Shown here piece after piece: positions 1-10,541 of a DNA stretch of 64,000 bases. Where the stretch lies: NCBI GenBank assembly GCA_963728405.1, contig CAVSJV010000007.1, forward strand, positions 256,001-320,000, written 5' to 3'. The notes beneath the pieces were generated by a model. The model did no database searches. It was given only the letters and a program-made list of their open reading frames with translations, and was not told the origin of the DNA. Origin of the DNA: Methanomassiliicoccaceae archaeon (GTDB lineage: Archaea > Thermoplasmatota > Thermoplasmata > Methanomassiliicoccales > Methanomassiliicoccaceae). The translations under genes and the position numbers were made by a program. The stretch's first letter is position 1. Each line of letters starts with the position of its first letter.

Positions 1-145
1 GGTCGCCGCCGAACAGACCTAGGCCGATCAGCACTTCAAGCTAGAAGATCGTCGATGGTTCCTCGACCATCATCAGGATGCCATAGCCGATAAGGAGCGC
101 CCCGCCGATGTACATGCCGATCAGTCGTGCTTCTACCCTGCTCAC
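1..145 (-). CDS. Partial hydrophobic membrane protein running off the window, with an in-frame TAG at 41-43
   Basis: Manual translation from GTG 145: VSRVEARLIGMYIGGALLIGYGILMMVEEPSTIF*LEVLIGLGLFGGD. Hydrophobic helices flank the TAG. Confidence 0.45.
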
Positions 146-272
146 ACATTTTTCTAACACAATGTCCGAGGGGGCCGGATTGCCGACCGCTCTACCTGTT
201 ACTATATGGTCACTCTCCTGGTCGCCTGCTCGATCTGCCGAAAAATAGTACTGACCTTCTGAAGTTGAGAAC

Positions 273-1031
273 TCAGGTACTATCTTCGGCCCTAGAGATT
301 ATGATGGTCTGGATGAAGATCGCTGTCAGCAGTCCCAGGGCCATGTAACCGGAGATGGACTCGAACAGTACGATGCCCTTTCCGATTCCCATCGGTACGA
401 TGATATCATAGCCCAAGGTGGTGAAGACCAGGCCGCTGAAATAGAAAGCATCATCGAAGGTGATCGGACCCCCATTGCTGTCCAGGAGGCCGTTCACGAA
501 GTAAATGGTCGCGAAAGTATAGATGATCAGGAAGATCGTGAGGAATACTAGGACCAGAGGGACCTTCGGGCTGGACCTGGAGCTGCCCCGCCGGAGGACC
601 GATTCGACCAGCAGAGCGATCACCAGCAGGAGGGGAACGATCACGACCAATGATGCGGATGCCCGAAGGACCGGGTCTATCTCGTTGCCCAAGAGGGCGG
701 TCGATGCGGTGAGCAGGAAGAATGCAGTTATGGGCAGGACGATCAAGAGCACGATGGTCCTGCCCGTCCGCCTCATGTCCTCGTCCAAGGTCCGATTGAA
801 GGCCAGGATGACCAGGGCCGTCAGATAGAACGCGATATTCAGGATGACAAAGACTAATCCCGTTTCCAGTCGTGCGGCCGAGCTGTTTTCAGGCCCTCCC
901 AGCAAGGGAACTATCATGAATGCCAGGAAGAACCCGCCCATTACCGCCCGGGATGTCTTGGGGGCGTGGGTGAAGAACAAACGAAAGTAGTCAAAGGTCC
1001 GGCGATTGCTGAACGACCAGGGGCGAGACAT
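273..1031 (-). CDS. Membrane protein with C-terminal K+-channel-like pore domain (Ion_trans_2 type)
   Basis: Multiple TM helices; pore helix DAFYFSGLVFTTLGYDIIVP followed by a TM helix ending ESISGY. Confidence 0.75.
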   Translation of the reverse strand: MSRPWSFSNRRTFDYFRLFFTHAPKTSRAVMGGFFLAFMIVPLLGGPENSSAARLETGLVFVILNIAFYLTALVILAFNRTLDEDMRRTGRTIVLLIVLPITAFFLLTASTALLGNEIDPVLRASASLVVIVPLLLVIALLVESVLRRGSSRSSPKVPLVLVFLTIFLIIYTFATIYFVNGLLDSNGGPITFDDAFYFSGLVFTTLGYDIIVPMGIGKGIVLFESISGYMALGLLTAIFIQTIIISRAEDST

Positions 1032-1105
1032 GGGAAGGACCTAGCGGCCGCATTGAGCTGAAGTGCATCGACCAGGCGATTATTAAGGATATCCTGTGAG
1101 TGACT

Positions 1106-2059
1106 TCACCACATCTTCGGATAGGTCCCTGATGGCATGTACACGCGGTCGGTCTCGCAGGCGATGCCTTCCTTGGCCTTGGTCATCTCCTCGGCCGACA
1201 TCTTCGCGGTGCCAACGGCCACGACCTCGCCCTTGACGGTGAAGAACGCTACCGTGGTCTCCTTCCGTATGGCATCGTCCACCTGGGCGACACCTACCGC
1301 GGCTAGGTTGGCGCCATGACAAATGGCGTCCACGGCACTATCTTTGATTATGATCTTGGGCAGGGGGTCGAACAGCACCTCGATCGGGGAGATCATCGAG
1401 CGAAGCCAATGCTCGTCGCCGGCCTTCCAATCGACATAGGCGTCCTTGATGTCCTGCAGGGTGACGGCACTGTCCTCGGTCATGTTGCCGGAGCGGACCC
1501 TCCTCAGGTCCTCCATGCTGGCCCCGACCCCCAGTGCATCGCCGATGTCCACGCACATCGTTCGTATGTATGTCCCGGCATCGCAGTCGACCCGGAAGAG
1601 CACATCCCGGCCCCGGAACTCCAGGATATTTAGCGAATGTATGGTCCGGATTCGCATCTGCCGCTTGACCGCAGAGCGGACCGGAGGGGTCTGATAGACG
1701 CGACCGACGAATGTGGCCATTACTCGGCGAACATCCTCCTCCTTGCGGTCGCGGTGCAGTCGCATCAGGCCGACATATTCCTTATCGGACTTCAGCACGA
1801 GGTTGAGGGCCCGGACCGCGCGGCCGGTGGCGACCGGGAGGACGCCGGTGACATGGGGATCAAGGGTTCCTCCATGGCCTATCTTCTCTACCTTAAGGAT
1901 CTCTCGGACCCATGCGGTGGCCTGGTGGGATGTGGGGCCCAGGGGTTTGTCCATGTTGATGACTCCCGCTTCCAAGAGCTCCTCTATGGTCCGGTCGGTG
2001 GGCCGCTTCCCGGCTTTGACGTTCAAGGGGCTCTTGTCCCGGACTAGCATCTTAGACAT
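1106..2059 (-). CDS. cbf5: H/ACA RNA-guided pseudouridine synthase Cbf5 (TruB family, PUA domain)
   Basis: DKPLGPTSHQ and GHGGTLDP catalytic motifs, GTYIR, C-terminal PUA domain. Confidence 0.97.
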   Translation of the reverse strand: MSKMLVRDKSPLNVKAGKRPTDRTIEELLEAGVINMDKPLGPTSHQATAWVREILKVEKIGHGGTLDPHVTGVLPVATGRAVRALNLVLKSDKEYVGLMRLHRDRKEEDVRRVMATFVGRVYQTPPVRSAVKRQMRIRTIHSLNILEFRGRDVLFRVDCDAGTYIRTMCVDIGDALGVGASMEDLRRVRSGNMTEDSAVTLQDIKDAYVDWKAGDEHWLRSMISPIEVLFDPLPKIIIKDSAVDAICHGANLAAVGVAQVDDAIRKETTVAFFTVKGEVVAVGTAKMSAEEMTKAKEGIACETDRVYMPSGTYPKMW

Positions 2060-2590
2060 CCTTTACCTCCGCTTCCTTGATTATCCTTTCTGCCACCTGT
2101 TCTGGCGTTAGATGTGTAGTATCGATGATCAGGTCGTAGACCTTGTGGTCACGGATATCGATATCGTAGAAGGTACGGTAGCGCTTGGCCTCGCAGTCCT
2201 CGCGGACAACGATTCTCCTGCTTCCGCTGCTCTGGTGTACCGCCCTCTCTTTCAGCGACCCTTTCCGCCCGGACAGTCCAGGTCTGCATCCATGAGCACA
2301 CGCAGTGCTGGAATCCCATGCATGGTGAGCATGTAGGCGGTGAGCCTGCCTTCTAGGACGATGCCGTCCTTATCTCGGGCGATCTCCACCATCCGCTGGT
2401 CCAACCTCTTGTCCGCCTCGGGGTCCAGCTCGCACAGTTTTCCGAAGTCGGCCAGGGACATCGACGATTCCTTGGCCATCTGTCGGAAGATGTTGCCGGA
2501 GACCACCACTTCGAGATGTAGCCGGTCGGCAACTAGCTTGCAGACCGTGGTCTTGCCGGACCCGGGAGGGCCGCTGATGGTTATCCTCAT
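2052..2590 (-). CDS. cmk: Cytidylate kinase (archaeal type), two +1 frameshifts
   Basis: MRITISGPPGSGKTT and LEGRL. Removing extra bases at about 2275 and 2213 restores ...VRAERVAERE...KRYRTFYDIDIRDHKVYDLIIDT..., 178 aa. Confidence 0.9.
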
Positions 2591-3267
2591 GCCGCCTGGG
2601 CCTCAACCTCTTTGAGCCTCTCTCTGAACTCGAAGTAGCGCAGCGCGCGCATTAGGATCTGGCCGAACGGTATGCTGACGAGTGAGTACATCAGGACCCA
2701 GTTGGGCAGTATGGTCGTTCCCTGCGGCCCCAATAGTGGGACGCTCATAGCCCACGGTAGGTTGACCACCGGAATGGGGTTGAATCCGTTCATGAATACG
2801 TCCAGCCAGGCGAAGATGGGGATGACGATGAGCATGGTCAGCGGCATCAGCTTCATCTGGGTGGTGGACATGTCCATGGATTTCTTCATGATCTTGGACT
2901 GCTGTTCGGTCAGTTTCTTGATCTTGTACTTGTTGTTCTCGATCCGGGCCTGCCGAAGTTCTTTGTTGAACGCCCCGACGATCTTCTGGTTCTCCGCCTG
3001 TTCGACGTAATTGGTGAAGAAGTGCCTCACGATTATGGTCAGCGTGGTCATGATGATGCCCGTTAGGAACAGCGTCACTACTGGATTAGAGCCGCCAAGA
3101 CCGACCGTCGGCTCGAACACCACGCCTACGATGCTGCCCAACCATAGCCTAAGCGATTGGTCGAACAGCACGAACATGGCGAATACGAAGATGAAGATGG
3201 TGAAGAAAGTGCTCATCTGCTTCTTGGGGTCCGGCGGTGGCCGGGCCGGCGGAGTGGTAGATTCCAT
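2587..3267 (-). CDS. DUF106 / EMC3-TMCO1 (Oxa1 superfamily) membrane insertase-like protein
   Basis: TM helices with a cytosolic coiled-coil, MKLMPLTMLIVIPIFAW, conserved position after secY. Confidence 0.85.
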   Translation of the reverse strand: MESTTPPARPPPDPKKQMSTFFTIFIFVFAMFVLFDQSLRLWLGSIVGVVFEPTVGLGGSNPVVTLFLTGIIMTTLTIIVRHFFTNYVEQAENQKIVGAFNKELRQARIENNKYKIKKLTEQQSKIMKKSMDMSTTQMKLMPLTMLIVIPIFAWLDVFMNGFNPIPVVNLPWAMSVPLLGPQGTTILPNWVLMYSLVSIPFGQILMRALRYFEFRERLKEVEAQAA

Positions 3268-3270
3268 CTA

Positions 3271-4855
3271 TCAATCACCTCCGAAGAAGCCTCTAAGCAT
3301 GGGGTGCATCTCCATCATCTGTTCGCGACCCAGCGCCTCGTAGAACTGGATCAGGATGCCCACGGCTAGCAGCACACCGGTACCGGACGCGTTACCGACC
3401 GTACCTATGAGATCCGCTCCTGCCGCAAGCGCTCCAACCAAGGCACCTGATATGACCGTAACCACGGGTATATATCTCTCTAGCACCCGCTTGAGGACGC
3501 GCGGATCGCGCCTGAACCCGGGGATCTGCAGTCCCGAAGATTCGATCTGCTTCGCTACCGCTTCCGGCCCCATGTTGGTGGTCATGATCCAGAACTTGGC
3601 GAAGACGATCGAGCCGACGACCATCACGCTGAAGAATATCACCACATGGGCGAGGATCTGCAGCGAGCTATGGCCGAACACCACCGTTGAGTATGCCGTA
3701 GGGTTCAGCAGCGGCAACAGCCAATCGGCCAGCCCTCTCGGTGTGGAGAGGTACCAGGCCAGACCTCCGGCTGGTGACGAGCCCGAGGCTGGAGTAAAGT
3801 ATCCCAGCAGGGCGTTATGACCGAGCAACGGCACCTGCTGAAGAGCACTATTGGTGTAGAACAATAGGGCGAACATGCTGATATTGGCCAGCACTGCGGC
3901 CATCAGGATGACTGGGATATTGGAGGCGTACAGCAGCTTGATAGGGATAGCGGCCCCTGGCGCCTCTGGCCGTTCCATGAGCCAGCGGCAGTTCGATCCT
4001 CGCCGATTCCACGTACGAGACGAACAGGAAGATCGCTATCGTGCCAATCAGTGCTATCAACGGATTGGGATTTTGCAGCAATATGCGTTCGTACCCTCCC
4101 GAGGCCAACTGGCCCGCTGACATGTTGACCAGATAGTAGATGGTCTTGGGGACCGTACCGGCCGGCGGGTTCGCCAAGCTCAACGCCGCGTTACCATCGA
4201 CCGGGTTCCAGTTCACCGTTCCGGTGAAAATGGCTTGCGCTACGCCTGCTGCAATGAACAGCGATATGCCGCTCCCTATGCCCCATTTAGACACGACCTC
4301 GTCCATTAGGAAGACGAGATAGGAGCCGGCGAACAGTTGTATTATGATTATGAACCTTGCAAGGTTCTGGCCGTTCAATATTCCAGATGCACCCACCAGG
4401 CCGTCCATGTTGTTGACGAAGGTAGGGGATGGAACGAGGTAGCCGAACACCTGAGGTACTGCTTCTACGAAGATCATGATGATGACCAGGAACTTCTGAG
4501 TGCCCTGGTAGACTGCCTTATCATCATCATTGGTAAGGTCAAGCTTGATGATCTTCGCGCCGACGAACAGCTGCATGATGATCGATCCGGTGACTATCGG
4601 ACCGATACCGAGATGCATCAGGGAGCCCTGCGCACCGGCCAGGATGGCTCGGTAGGGGCCGAAGATATCTATGATGTTCGCTTGGTCAAGACCATAGAGG
4701 AACACATTGGTCATCACGAAGTAGAAGACCAGCATTAGGACGACCCACAGGATCTTGGTCCGGAAGTGCACGTGCCCATCCGGACGTTTGACCGCGGGGA
4801 GCCTGTCCGTCAGCGGTTTCAACTTATACAGTCTACTTTTCTGTTCGTCGGCCAT
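3271..4855 (-). CDS. secY: Protein translocase SecY (Sec61alpha), one +1 frameshift near 3945
   Basis: LGIGPIVT, KWGIGSGISLFIAAGV, YPIKLLYASNIP (after correction), IPGFRRD, GTGVLL. Confidence 0.96.
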
Positions 4856-4874
4856 GTTGATCACTGGAAGCGGA

Positions 4875-5300
4875 CTAAGGCTGGGCTACCGAGCCCCCGG
4901 CCGCCTCGAGCTTTTCCTTCGCTCGGGCCGAAGACTCGGCAACCACTACATCGAAGATGTTTGAGACCTTCCCGAAACCCAGGAGTTTGTCCACGCCCAT
5001 ATTGGCGAGGTTGATTTTTACTTTGCCGTCCTGTTTCACGGCAAAGCCCTGTTTCATGAGTTCCTCGAGCTTCTCGTCCAGGTCACCCACATTGAGGGTG
5101 ATCTTGGCGGATACGACCTTCTGGGGGCGCTTGAAGCCGTGGCGGCCGAAGTGCAATGGGTCGTACTTGAGCACGCTCATGGTCTTGTGCTTGTGGAGAC
5201 CGGCATTGCCGTGGCCTCCCATTTTGCCCGCACCCCTTCCGCTCTTCTTTCCGCGCCCGTGGGTCCGAGATCCTCTGAACTTGGTGGTTCTGCTTGGCAT
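4875..5300 (-). CDS. rpl15: 50S ribosomal protein uL15
   Basis: RGSRTHGRG...GGHGNAG...HFGRHGF; operon position. Confidence 0.96.
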   Translation of the reverse strand: MPSRTTKFRGSRTHGRGKKSGRGAGKMGGHGNAGLHKHKTMSVLKYDPLHFGRHGFKRPQKVVSAKITLNVGDLDEKLEELMKQGFAVKQDGKVKINLANMGVDKLLGFGKVSNIFDVVVAESSARAKEKLEAAGGSVAQP

Positions 5301-5311
5301 GTTCTAGCACC

Positions 5312-5776
5312 TCACAGCATCTTCTCGATGAGGGCGTTAATCCGCTCTCCCCGGTACCCCAGGGACCCGTGGGTCTTGAGGTCCTTCTTCACAGCTTCCC
5401 ATCCTTGGATCGGAGGGTGCAGCCTAAAGAGCGGCTTAATGTCCTTCAGATCCGAGTACTTGGCCTCGTCCATTACCACGCTCTTGGCGAACGCCTCGAC
5501 CGATTGGAACTGGGAATTGCCTCCCACATACGCATCGTCGATGGGCTTGTCCCCCATGAGTCGGCCGCGGGTCTTGATCATCCTGGCGAGCGTTTCCTCA
5601 GAAACCTCTCCCCAGGTGATGAAGTCCTTGGCCTTCTGCAGCATCCCCTTCATACAATCGTTCTCGGGGATGATGACGCAGTGGTTGACGCGGGTGAGGC
5701 GGAGCATGCACATCGTATCCTCGATGTCGTGGTTGATCTTCGTATGTCCGCGAACTCTGATTACCGCGAATGCCAT
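5312..5776 (-). CDS. rpl30: 50S ribosomal protein uL30 (archaeal long form)
   Basis: AVIRVRG, FRLHPP, GYRGERINALI. Confidence 0.96.
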   Translation of the reverse strand: MAFAVIRVRGHTKINHDIEDTMCMLRLTRVNHCVIIPENDCMKGMLQKAKDFITWGEVSEETLARMIKTRGRLMGDKPIDDAYVGGNSQFQSVEAFAKSVVMDEAKYSDLKDIKPLFRLHPPIQGWEAVKKDLKTHGSLGYRGERINALIEKML

Positions 5777-5781
5777 TTGAA

Positions 5782-6477
5782 TCACGCTTCCTTAAGCGCC
5801 GCGGCATCGCCCTCGATGGGCGCGCCGGCGACGTGGACCCTGGTGGGCCCGCTGATGATCTTGAGGCGCTTCTCCTGCTCGTCGGTGACCCTCATTTCGG
5901 AGGTCCGCTTCAGAGCGTCGAAGGTGGCCAACGCGTAGTTCACCGTGGTCTTGGTGTGTCCGCGGGCAAAGCCCCAAGAGTCCTTTACCCCGGCCAGGCC
6001 GAGGATGCTCTTGGCGACGTCGCCAACGGCGAGCCCGATACCACGGGGCGCCGGCTTGAGGGTGACCTCCACCGAACTGGACTTACCAGTGACGGCCAGA
6101 GGCAGGGAGTGAGCTGTTCCGCAACCACATTCCCAGGACCCGCAGCCCCTCTTGATCTCGATCATGTTGAGCTTGGCGTTATCGATCGCCTTCCGGATGG
6201 TCGGGCCGACCTCCTTACCCTTGGCGCGGCCTAGGCCGACATATCCGTCGCCGTTGCCGACGCAGCTGGTGACCGCGAACCTGACCCTGCGGCCGGAGTC
6301 TGTCATCCTTTGGACCATGTTAAGGTCGATGACCTCGTCCTTCATCTCCGGCAGGAGGATATCTACGATCTCCGGCTCCCTCAGAGGGAGCTTGGTGGCA
6401 AGGGCCTGGCTCATGGTGGTTATCTCACCGCTCAGGACCATCTTGCCCAATCTTGTCTTAGGATTCCATTCTGCCAT
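5782..6477 (-). CDS. rps5: 30S ribosomal protein uS5
   Basis: [25 protein letters not shown]. Confidence 0.97.
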   Translation of the reverse strand: MAEWNPKTRLGKMVLSGEITTMSQALATKLPLREPEIVDILLPEMKDEVIDLNMVQRMTDSGRRVRFAVTSCVGNGDGYVGLGRAKGKEVGPTIRKAIDNAKLNMIEIKRGCGSWECGCGTAHSLPLAVTGKSSSVEVTLKPAPRGIGLAVGDVAKSILGLAGVKDSWGFARGHTKTTVNYALATFDALKRTSEMRVTDEQEKRLKIISGPTRVHVAGAPIEGDAAALKEA

Positions 6478-6478
6478 C

Positions 6479-6979
6479 TTATTCCGCCTCCATCCGGCTC
6501 TTGACCTCTTCGACCATCTTACCCAGCTTCTCATCGATGTGGGCACCGTTGAGCCTTTCCTTTGCCGGAATGACCTCCTCGCCGTGGGGGATATTGATGC
6601 CTGCATCGAGCATGCCCTTCAGGGCAGCGAAGACAGCTGAGCCTTTCGCCGGCCCCCTGAGGCCGATGTCCAATACTGCGTCCTCGATACCGTTCTTGGC
6701 CGCCCTCTTACCAGCTAAGTAGCCGGTGAGGTAGGTCGCGGGCAGGTTTCCGGTCGCTGCGGTCCACCCGAGCTTTGTGAGCTCCTTGGAGGTGGCCGAG
6801 GCCAGGACCTTGTCCCCAGTGGCATCGTAGGATATGAACTGGACGTTGGCGTTCCTAAGGGAGAGGCGAACTACCGCCCTCGGGATCCTTGCCCTGAGCA
6901 GCCTCTGCCTCTGCCTGTAATCTGTCCTTCCCTCCCTGCGCCTGCGGAAGGGCACCCTATACCTTGGTCCATTTGCCAT
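6479..6979 (-). CDS. rpl18: 50S ribosomal protein uL18
   Basis: [21 protein letters not shown]. Confidence 0.97.
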   Translation of the reverse strand: MANGPRYRVPFRRRREGRTDYRQRQRLLRARIPRAVVRLSLRNANVQFISYDATGDKVLASATSKELTKLGWTAATGNLPATYLTGYLAGKRAAKNGIEDAVLDIGLRGPAKGSAVFAALKGMLDAGINIPHGEEVIPAKERLNGAHIDEKLGKMVEEVKSRMEAE

Positions 6980-7440
6980 TACTGTCCCTCCTTCAGGTGA
7001 CCTTCCATCTTTAGGTGCGAAAGCACATGGGTCCGGCTCTTGAACATGCCGCCCTTGGCCTTCATGTAGAACTCGCGGTAGACGTGCTTGTCGATCTGCC
7101 CGCTTTCCCTCAGCCCACGAAGCTCGGCACGAATGGGTCTGATGGTCTGGATCCAGTCTCTCTTGGTGGGAGTCCTGGCCCCGGCCTTTCCCTTCCTGCT
7201 GCCCGGACCGCGCTGGCGGCCTTTCTTGCGCTGGGCGCGGTTGTACTTGGTCCGGCCCTTGGAGATGCCGGCCTTGGGCATTGCCTTGATCGTTCCGGAC
7301 CCGATCGCTGTGCGGATATCCGCTCGAGTAATGGCGTCGGCGAGGTCCTCAGTACGGTTAGGGTCGATCCAAACGCGGTTCTCCCCGCAGTCCAGTATCT
7401 CGGCCGCCATACGCCTTTGGTTCTTAAGGTCCATTTTCAT
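6979..7440 (-). CDS. rpl19e: 50S ribosomal protein eL19
   Basis: QRRMAAEIL.CG..RVWIDP, GPGSRKG, KAKGGMF. Confidence 0.97.
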   Translation of the reverse strand: MKMDLKNQRRMAAEILDCGENRVWIDPNRTEDLADAITRADIRTAIGSGTIKAMPKAGISKGRTKYNRAQRKKGRQRGPGSRKGKAGARTPTKRDWIQTIRPIRAELRGLRESGQIDKHVYREFYMKAKGGMFKSRTHVLSHLKMEGHLKEGQ

Positions 7441-8219
7441 CCCGTCCTGTTCAAGACACGAATGCCCAGTTCATCGGCCTTTTGCTCGATGGCCTGCCTT
7501 TTCTTGAATCCGACGCTGCTGCCTACTCTTGCTGCCTGTACCTTGGGGTCCATCTTCTGCAGCTGGTCTGGGTTGAACACCATTACCTCTTCGAATCCAG
7601 AGGGGTGCAGGCCGCGTACCTTGGCCGGTCCGCGGTACCCGATGCTGACGACATTGGGACGGTACTGGATGTGGCGGCGCATCTTGGAGTGCATACCGCG
7701 TGGTCTTCTCCACTTCTCGCCCAGACGGGGGAAGCGGAACCACTCTTGCCTCAGGAAGGCGATGCGGTCGTGGCTCATTTCATAGCGCAGGGCCAGGAGC
7801 TTCTTGGTCTCGGCGTCGAGGATCGGCTTCTGCTTAGGCGTATAGCCGCCTTTCTCGACGACCTCGGCTTCTGGCTTCTCAACGATCTCGACCCCTTCCT
7901 TCTTGGCCTTGGCCAGCTTCTTCTCAGAAGCCGAGGGGACGATGGCCCTCTCTTCCTTCTTGGCCTTGGGCTCTACGGCCTTCTCTTTCCGGGCGGGCTT
8001 GGTCTCGGTCTCCAGGAGCCCCTTCCAGGTCTCCAGGGTCTTTGGCCCGACCCCGTTCAGCTCGGCCATGATCTCTTCGGCCTTCTCGTCGTCATAGATG
8101 GCCTTCTTCAGGTCAGGAAGGGACTTGATGCCCATGTCCGTGAGCTGAGCGGTGAACTCTTCCTTGTAGTGGGGGAGGTCCGTCAGCTCCTTGATCTCTA
8201 TCTTCTTCTCCTTGCTCAT
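7437..8219 (-). CDS. rpl32e: 50S ribosomal protein eL32 with N-terminal HhH-like extension
   Basis: C-terminal FLRQEW, WRRPRGMHSKMR, GLHPSG; about 125 extra N-terminal aa including LNGVGPKT. Confidence 0.95.
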   Translation of the reverse strand: MSKEKKIEIKELTDLPHYKEEFTAQLTDMGIKSLPDLKKAIYDDEKAEEIMAELNGVGPKTLETWKGLLETETKPARKEKAVEPKAKKEERAIVPSASEKKLAKAKKEGVEIVEKPEAEVVEKGGYTPKQKPILDAETKKLLALRYEMSHDRIAFLRQEWFRFPRLGEKWRRPRGMHSKMRRHIQYRPNVVSIGYRGPAKVRGLHPSGFEEVMVFNPDQLQKMDPKVQAARVGSSVGFKKRQAIEQKADELGIRVLNRTG

Positions 8220-8770
8220 GAGCTCACCTTCTTGACCGCCTTCTCAGTGATGTAGATGCCATCCTGGAACACCCGGGGGTCGAAGCCCCAGATCTTGGTG
8301 GCGTACTCAATGTTGGCCGCCGTCTGACCGACCGCCTCGACATCGATGCCAGTTAGCACGACATCGTTACCCTTGACCACGATCTTGGTTTCCCTGACGA
8401 TCTTGGCCTGGCGGGCAGCGCGCTCACCGAGGAAGTTCTCGATGATGAACTTCTCGCCCTTCACCGAGGTCTTCATCGGGAAGTGAGAGTAGACGATCTT
8501 CATGTGGTATTCGAAGCCCTCGGTCACGCCCTCGATCATGTTGGTGAGGTGCGACGCAAAGGTGCCGATCATGGCTTTATCCTTCACGCGGGGGAGTTCG
8601 CAGCTGACCACGATGTGGTCGCCGTCCACTCTGACCTTGGTCTTTGGGTTGGTGAAGTCCCTGGACAGTTTGCCCTTGGGGCCTTTGACATCGACAATGG
8701 ATCCCTGTACGGTGACGGTGACTCCCTGGGGGATGTCCACCATCTCCTCGATTAATCCGCTTAGTGTCAT
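8216..8770 (-). CDS. rpl6: 50S ribosomal protein uL6
   Basis: VKGPKG, YSHFP, DPRVFQDGIYI. Confidence 0.97.
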   Translation of the reverse strand: MTLSGLIEEMVDIPQGVTVTVQGSIVDVKGPKGKLSRDFTNPKTKVRVDGDHIVVSCELPRVKDKAMIGTFASHLTNMIEGVTEGFEYHMKIVYSHFPMKTSVKGEKFIIENFLGERAARQAKIVRETKIVVKGNDVVLTGIDVEAVGQTAANIEYATKIWGFDPRVFQDGIYITEKAVKKVSS

Positions 8771-8779
8771 TGCAGTCCC

Positions 8780-9169
8780 TCAGTACACATAGGCCAGAAG
8801 CTTGCCGCCTACCCCTAGCTCCTTGGCTCTGGTGTGGCTCACGACGCCCGATGTGGTCGTCATAATGAGCACTCCGAAGTCCTGCGCGGGTAGGTATCTG
8901 GATTCGAACTTTTCCAGATCGTTCTTCTGTACCGAATATCTCGGCTTTATCACGCCGCAATCATTGATCTTGCCGTGCATTCTAACCTTGAACACGCCGG
9001 CCTTGCCGTCCTCAATGAACTCGAACTGGTTGATGTAACCATATTCCTGCATGACCTTCAGCACCCTCCCGATCAATTTCGAGGACGGGCGGATCATGCA
9101 TTCGCTCTTGCCTACTGAGGCTGCGTTCTTGATGGTCGACATAGCGTCGTTAAGTGGGTCGCTCTGCAT
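8780..9169 (-). CDS. rps8: 30S ribosomal protein uS8
   Basis: [22 protein letters not shown]. Confidence 0.97.
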   Translation of the reverse strand: MQSDPLNDAMSTIKNAASVGKSECMIRPSSKLIGRVLKVMQEYGYINQFEFIEDGKAGVFKVRMHGKINDCGVIKPRYSVQKNDLEKFESRYLPAQDFGVLIMTTTSGVVSHTRAKELGVGGKLLAYVY

Positions 9170-9178
9170 GTCATCACC

Positions 9179-9325
9179 TCAGCTATACTTCTTGAACCCT
9201 ATTTGCGGGGCAATCTCGCGGAAGCACTGCCGACAGACGTGCATACCGTAGCGGCGCACGATGCCTCGCTTCCTTCCACAGCGCAGGCACCCTTTCTTTC
9301 TTCCAAACTCCTTCTTAGTCTTCAC
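9179..9325 (-). CDS. rps14: 30S ribosomal protein uS14 (zinc-binding), below the ORF-track cutoff
   Basis: Manual translation from GTG: [48 protein letters not shown]. Confidence 0.96.
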   Translation of the reverse strand: MKTKKEFGRKKGCLRCGRKRGIVRRYGMHVCRQCFREIAPQIGFKKYS

Positions 9326-9834
9326 TCGACCACCTCGACTTTGTACTGCTCCCTCATGAAGCCGATGGCCTCATCACGGGTCATGCGGTGCTTCCTGGGG
9401 ATCTTGCAGGTCATGATGCGCCTCTTGGCCACCCTGTACCCGGGCCTCTTTAAGACCACGTTGATATCCATGCCGAATATGCCGATCTCGGGGTCATACT
9501 TCATGCCCTCGAAGTCAGTGTAGTCGGAGATTCCGAAGGACATGTTGCCCTCCTTATCGAAGGAATAGATGGCAATCCTGTGCTCTCGGATGATCAGTGC
9601 CCTCTTGAGGAAGTCCTGAGCCTTCTCGCCCCTCATGGTGACCTTGCACCCGATGGGCATGCCGGTCCTGACGCCCAGGTCACGGTTAGTGACCTTGGCG
9701 ATGGTGATCACAGGCTTCTGCTTGGTGACCATGTTGAGGACTTTCTGGGCCTTGTTCAGGCGTTCGCCGGCCTCGCCAACGCCGATGTTGACGACGACCT
9801 TCTCGATCTTCGGCTGCCTCATGACGTCGCTCAT
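9322..9834 (-). CDS. rpl5: 50S ribosomal protein uL5
   Basis: [22 protein letters not shown]. Confidence 0.97.
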   Translation of the reverse strand: MSDVMRQPKIEKVVVNIGVGEAGERLNKAQKVLNMVTKQKPVITIAKVTNRDLGVRTGMPIGCKVTMRGEKAQDFLKRALIIREHRIAIYSFDKEGNMSFGISDYTDFEGMKYDPEIGIFGMDINVVLKRPGYRVAKRRIMTCKIPRKHRMTRDEAIGFMREQYKVEVVE

Positions 9835-10541
9835 ATCGCGGCCTCCTCGGGCAACTCTATCTCGGGCACCTTAGCGCCGATGATGAACACGTTGCTCTTC
9901 ACGGTGGAGGTGCCATCCTTGAACTTTACGAGGTTGTCGGATGCGAGCCTAGTGATCAGGTACTCTTCTACGACCGCAGTCTCACCGACGTGGGACCCGG
10001 ATGTGATAAGGGCAACGCTGCCCTTGTCTAGGCTGTAGTGGTCCAGGACCTTCTGGCTTGGGATCTCGAGCTTGAGAACGTCGCCGGTCTTGTATTCATC
10101 CTTCTCCATCAGGAGGTTCCTGCCGTCGTGAAGGTTGAGCTGGGTCTTTCCGCCGGGTACGGTGGTCTTGTTCTCGATGCGGCAGAGCTTCCACGAGGCC
10201 TTGGTCTCGGGGACCTCGACCAGCTGGAGCTTGCCTCTCCTGTCCAGGACCATCCTATAGTAGGTCTTGATCTTGGGCATGGAGACGACATCCATGAGGC
10301 CGATGCCCTGCTTCAGGCTGGTGGCGACCTTGCCGTCCACCAGCACGCTCTTATCGTGTAGGACCGACCGGACCTCGCTGGCGGTGTTGCACACATGCAG
10401 CAGGTCACGAAGGACCACGTTCACCGGGATGCTCTCCTCTAGGGCGTGAGCGCCGGGGGAAGGCTTGGTGATCCAAGCGTTGGTCTTCCTCTTTACCGGC
10501 CAGCTGCGGGGCGCGGTCAATCTCTTCATTTCATTGCTCAT
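9831..10541 (-). CDS. rps4e: 30S ribosomal protein eS4
   Basis: KRLTAPRSW, PSPGAH, QLNLHDGRN. Confidence 0.97.
   Translation of the reverse strand: MSNEMKRLTAPRSWPVKRKTNAWITKPSPGAHALEESIPVNVVLRDLLHVCNTASEVRSVLHDKSVLVDGKVATSLKQGIGLMDVVSMPKIKTYYRMVLDRRGKLQLVEVPETKASWKLCRIENKTTVPGGKTQLNLHDGRNLLMEKDEYKTGDVLKLEIPSQKVLDHYSLDKGSVALITSGSHVGETAVVEEYLITRLASDNLVKFKDGTSTVKSNVFIIGAKVPEIELPEEAAI

Noticed and set aside
2052-3271. Absence of adk, rpl34e and rpl14e from the end of the spc operon
   Set aside because: Loss or relocation of these genes is common in Thermoplasmata and other Euryarchaeota; not novel.
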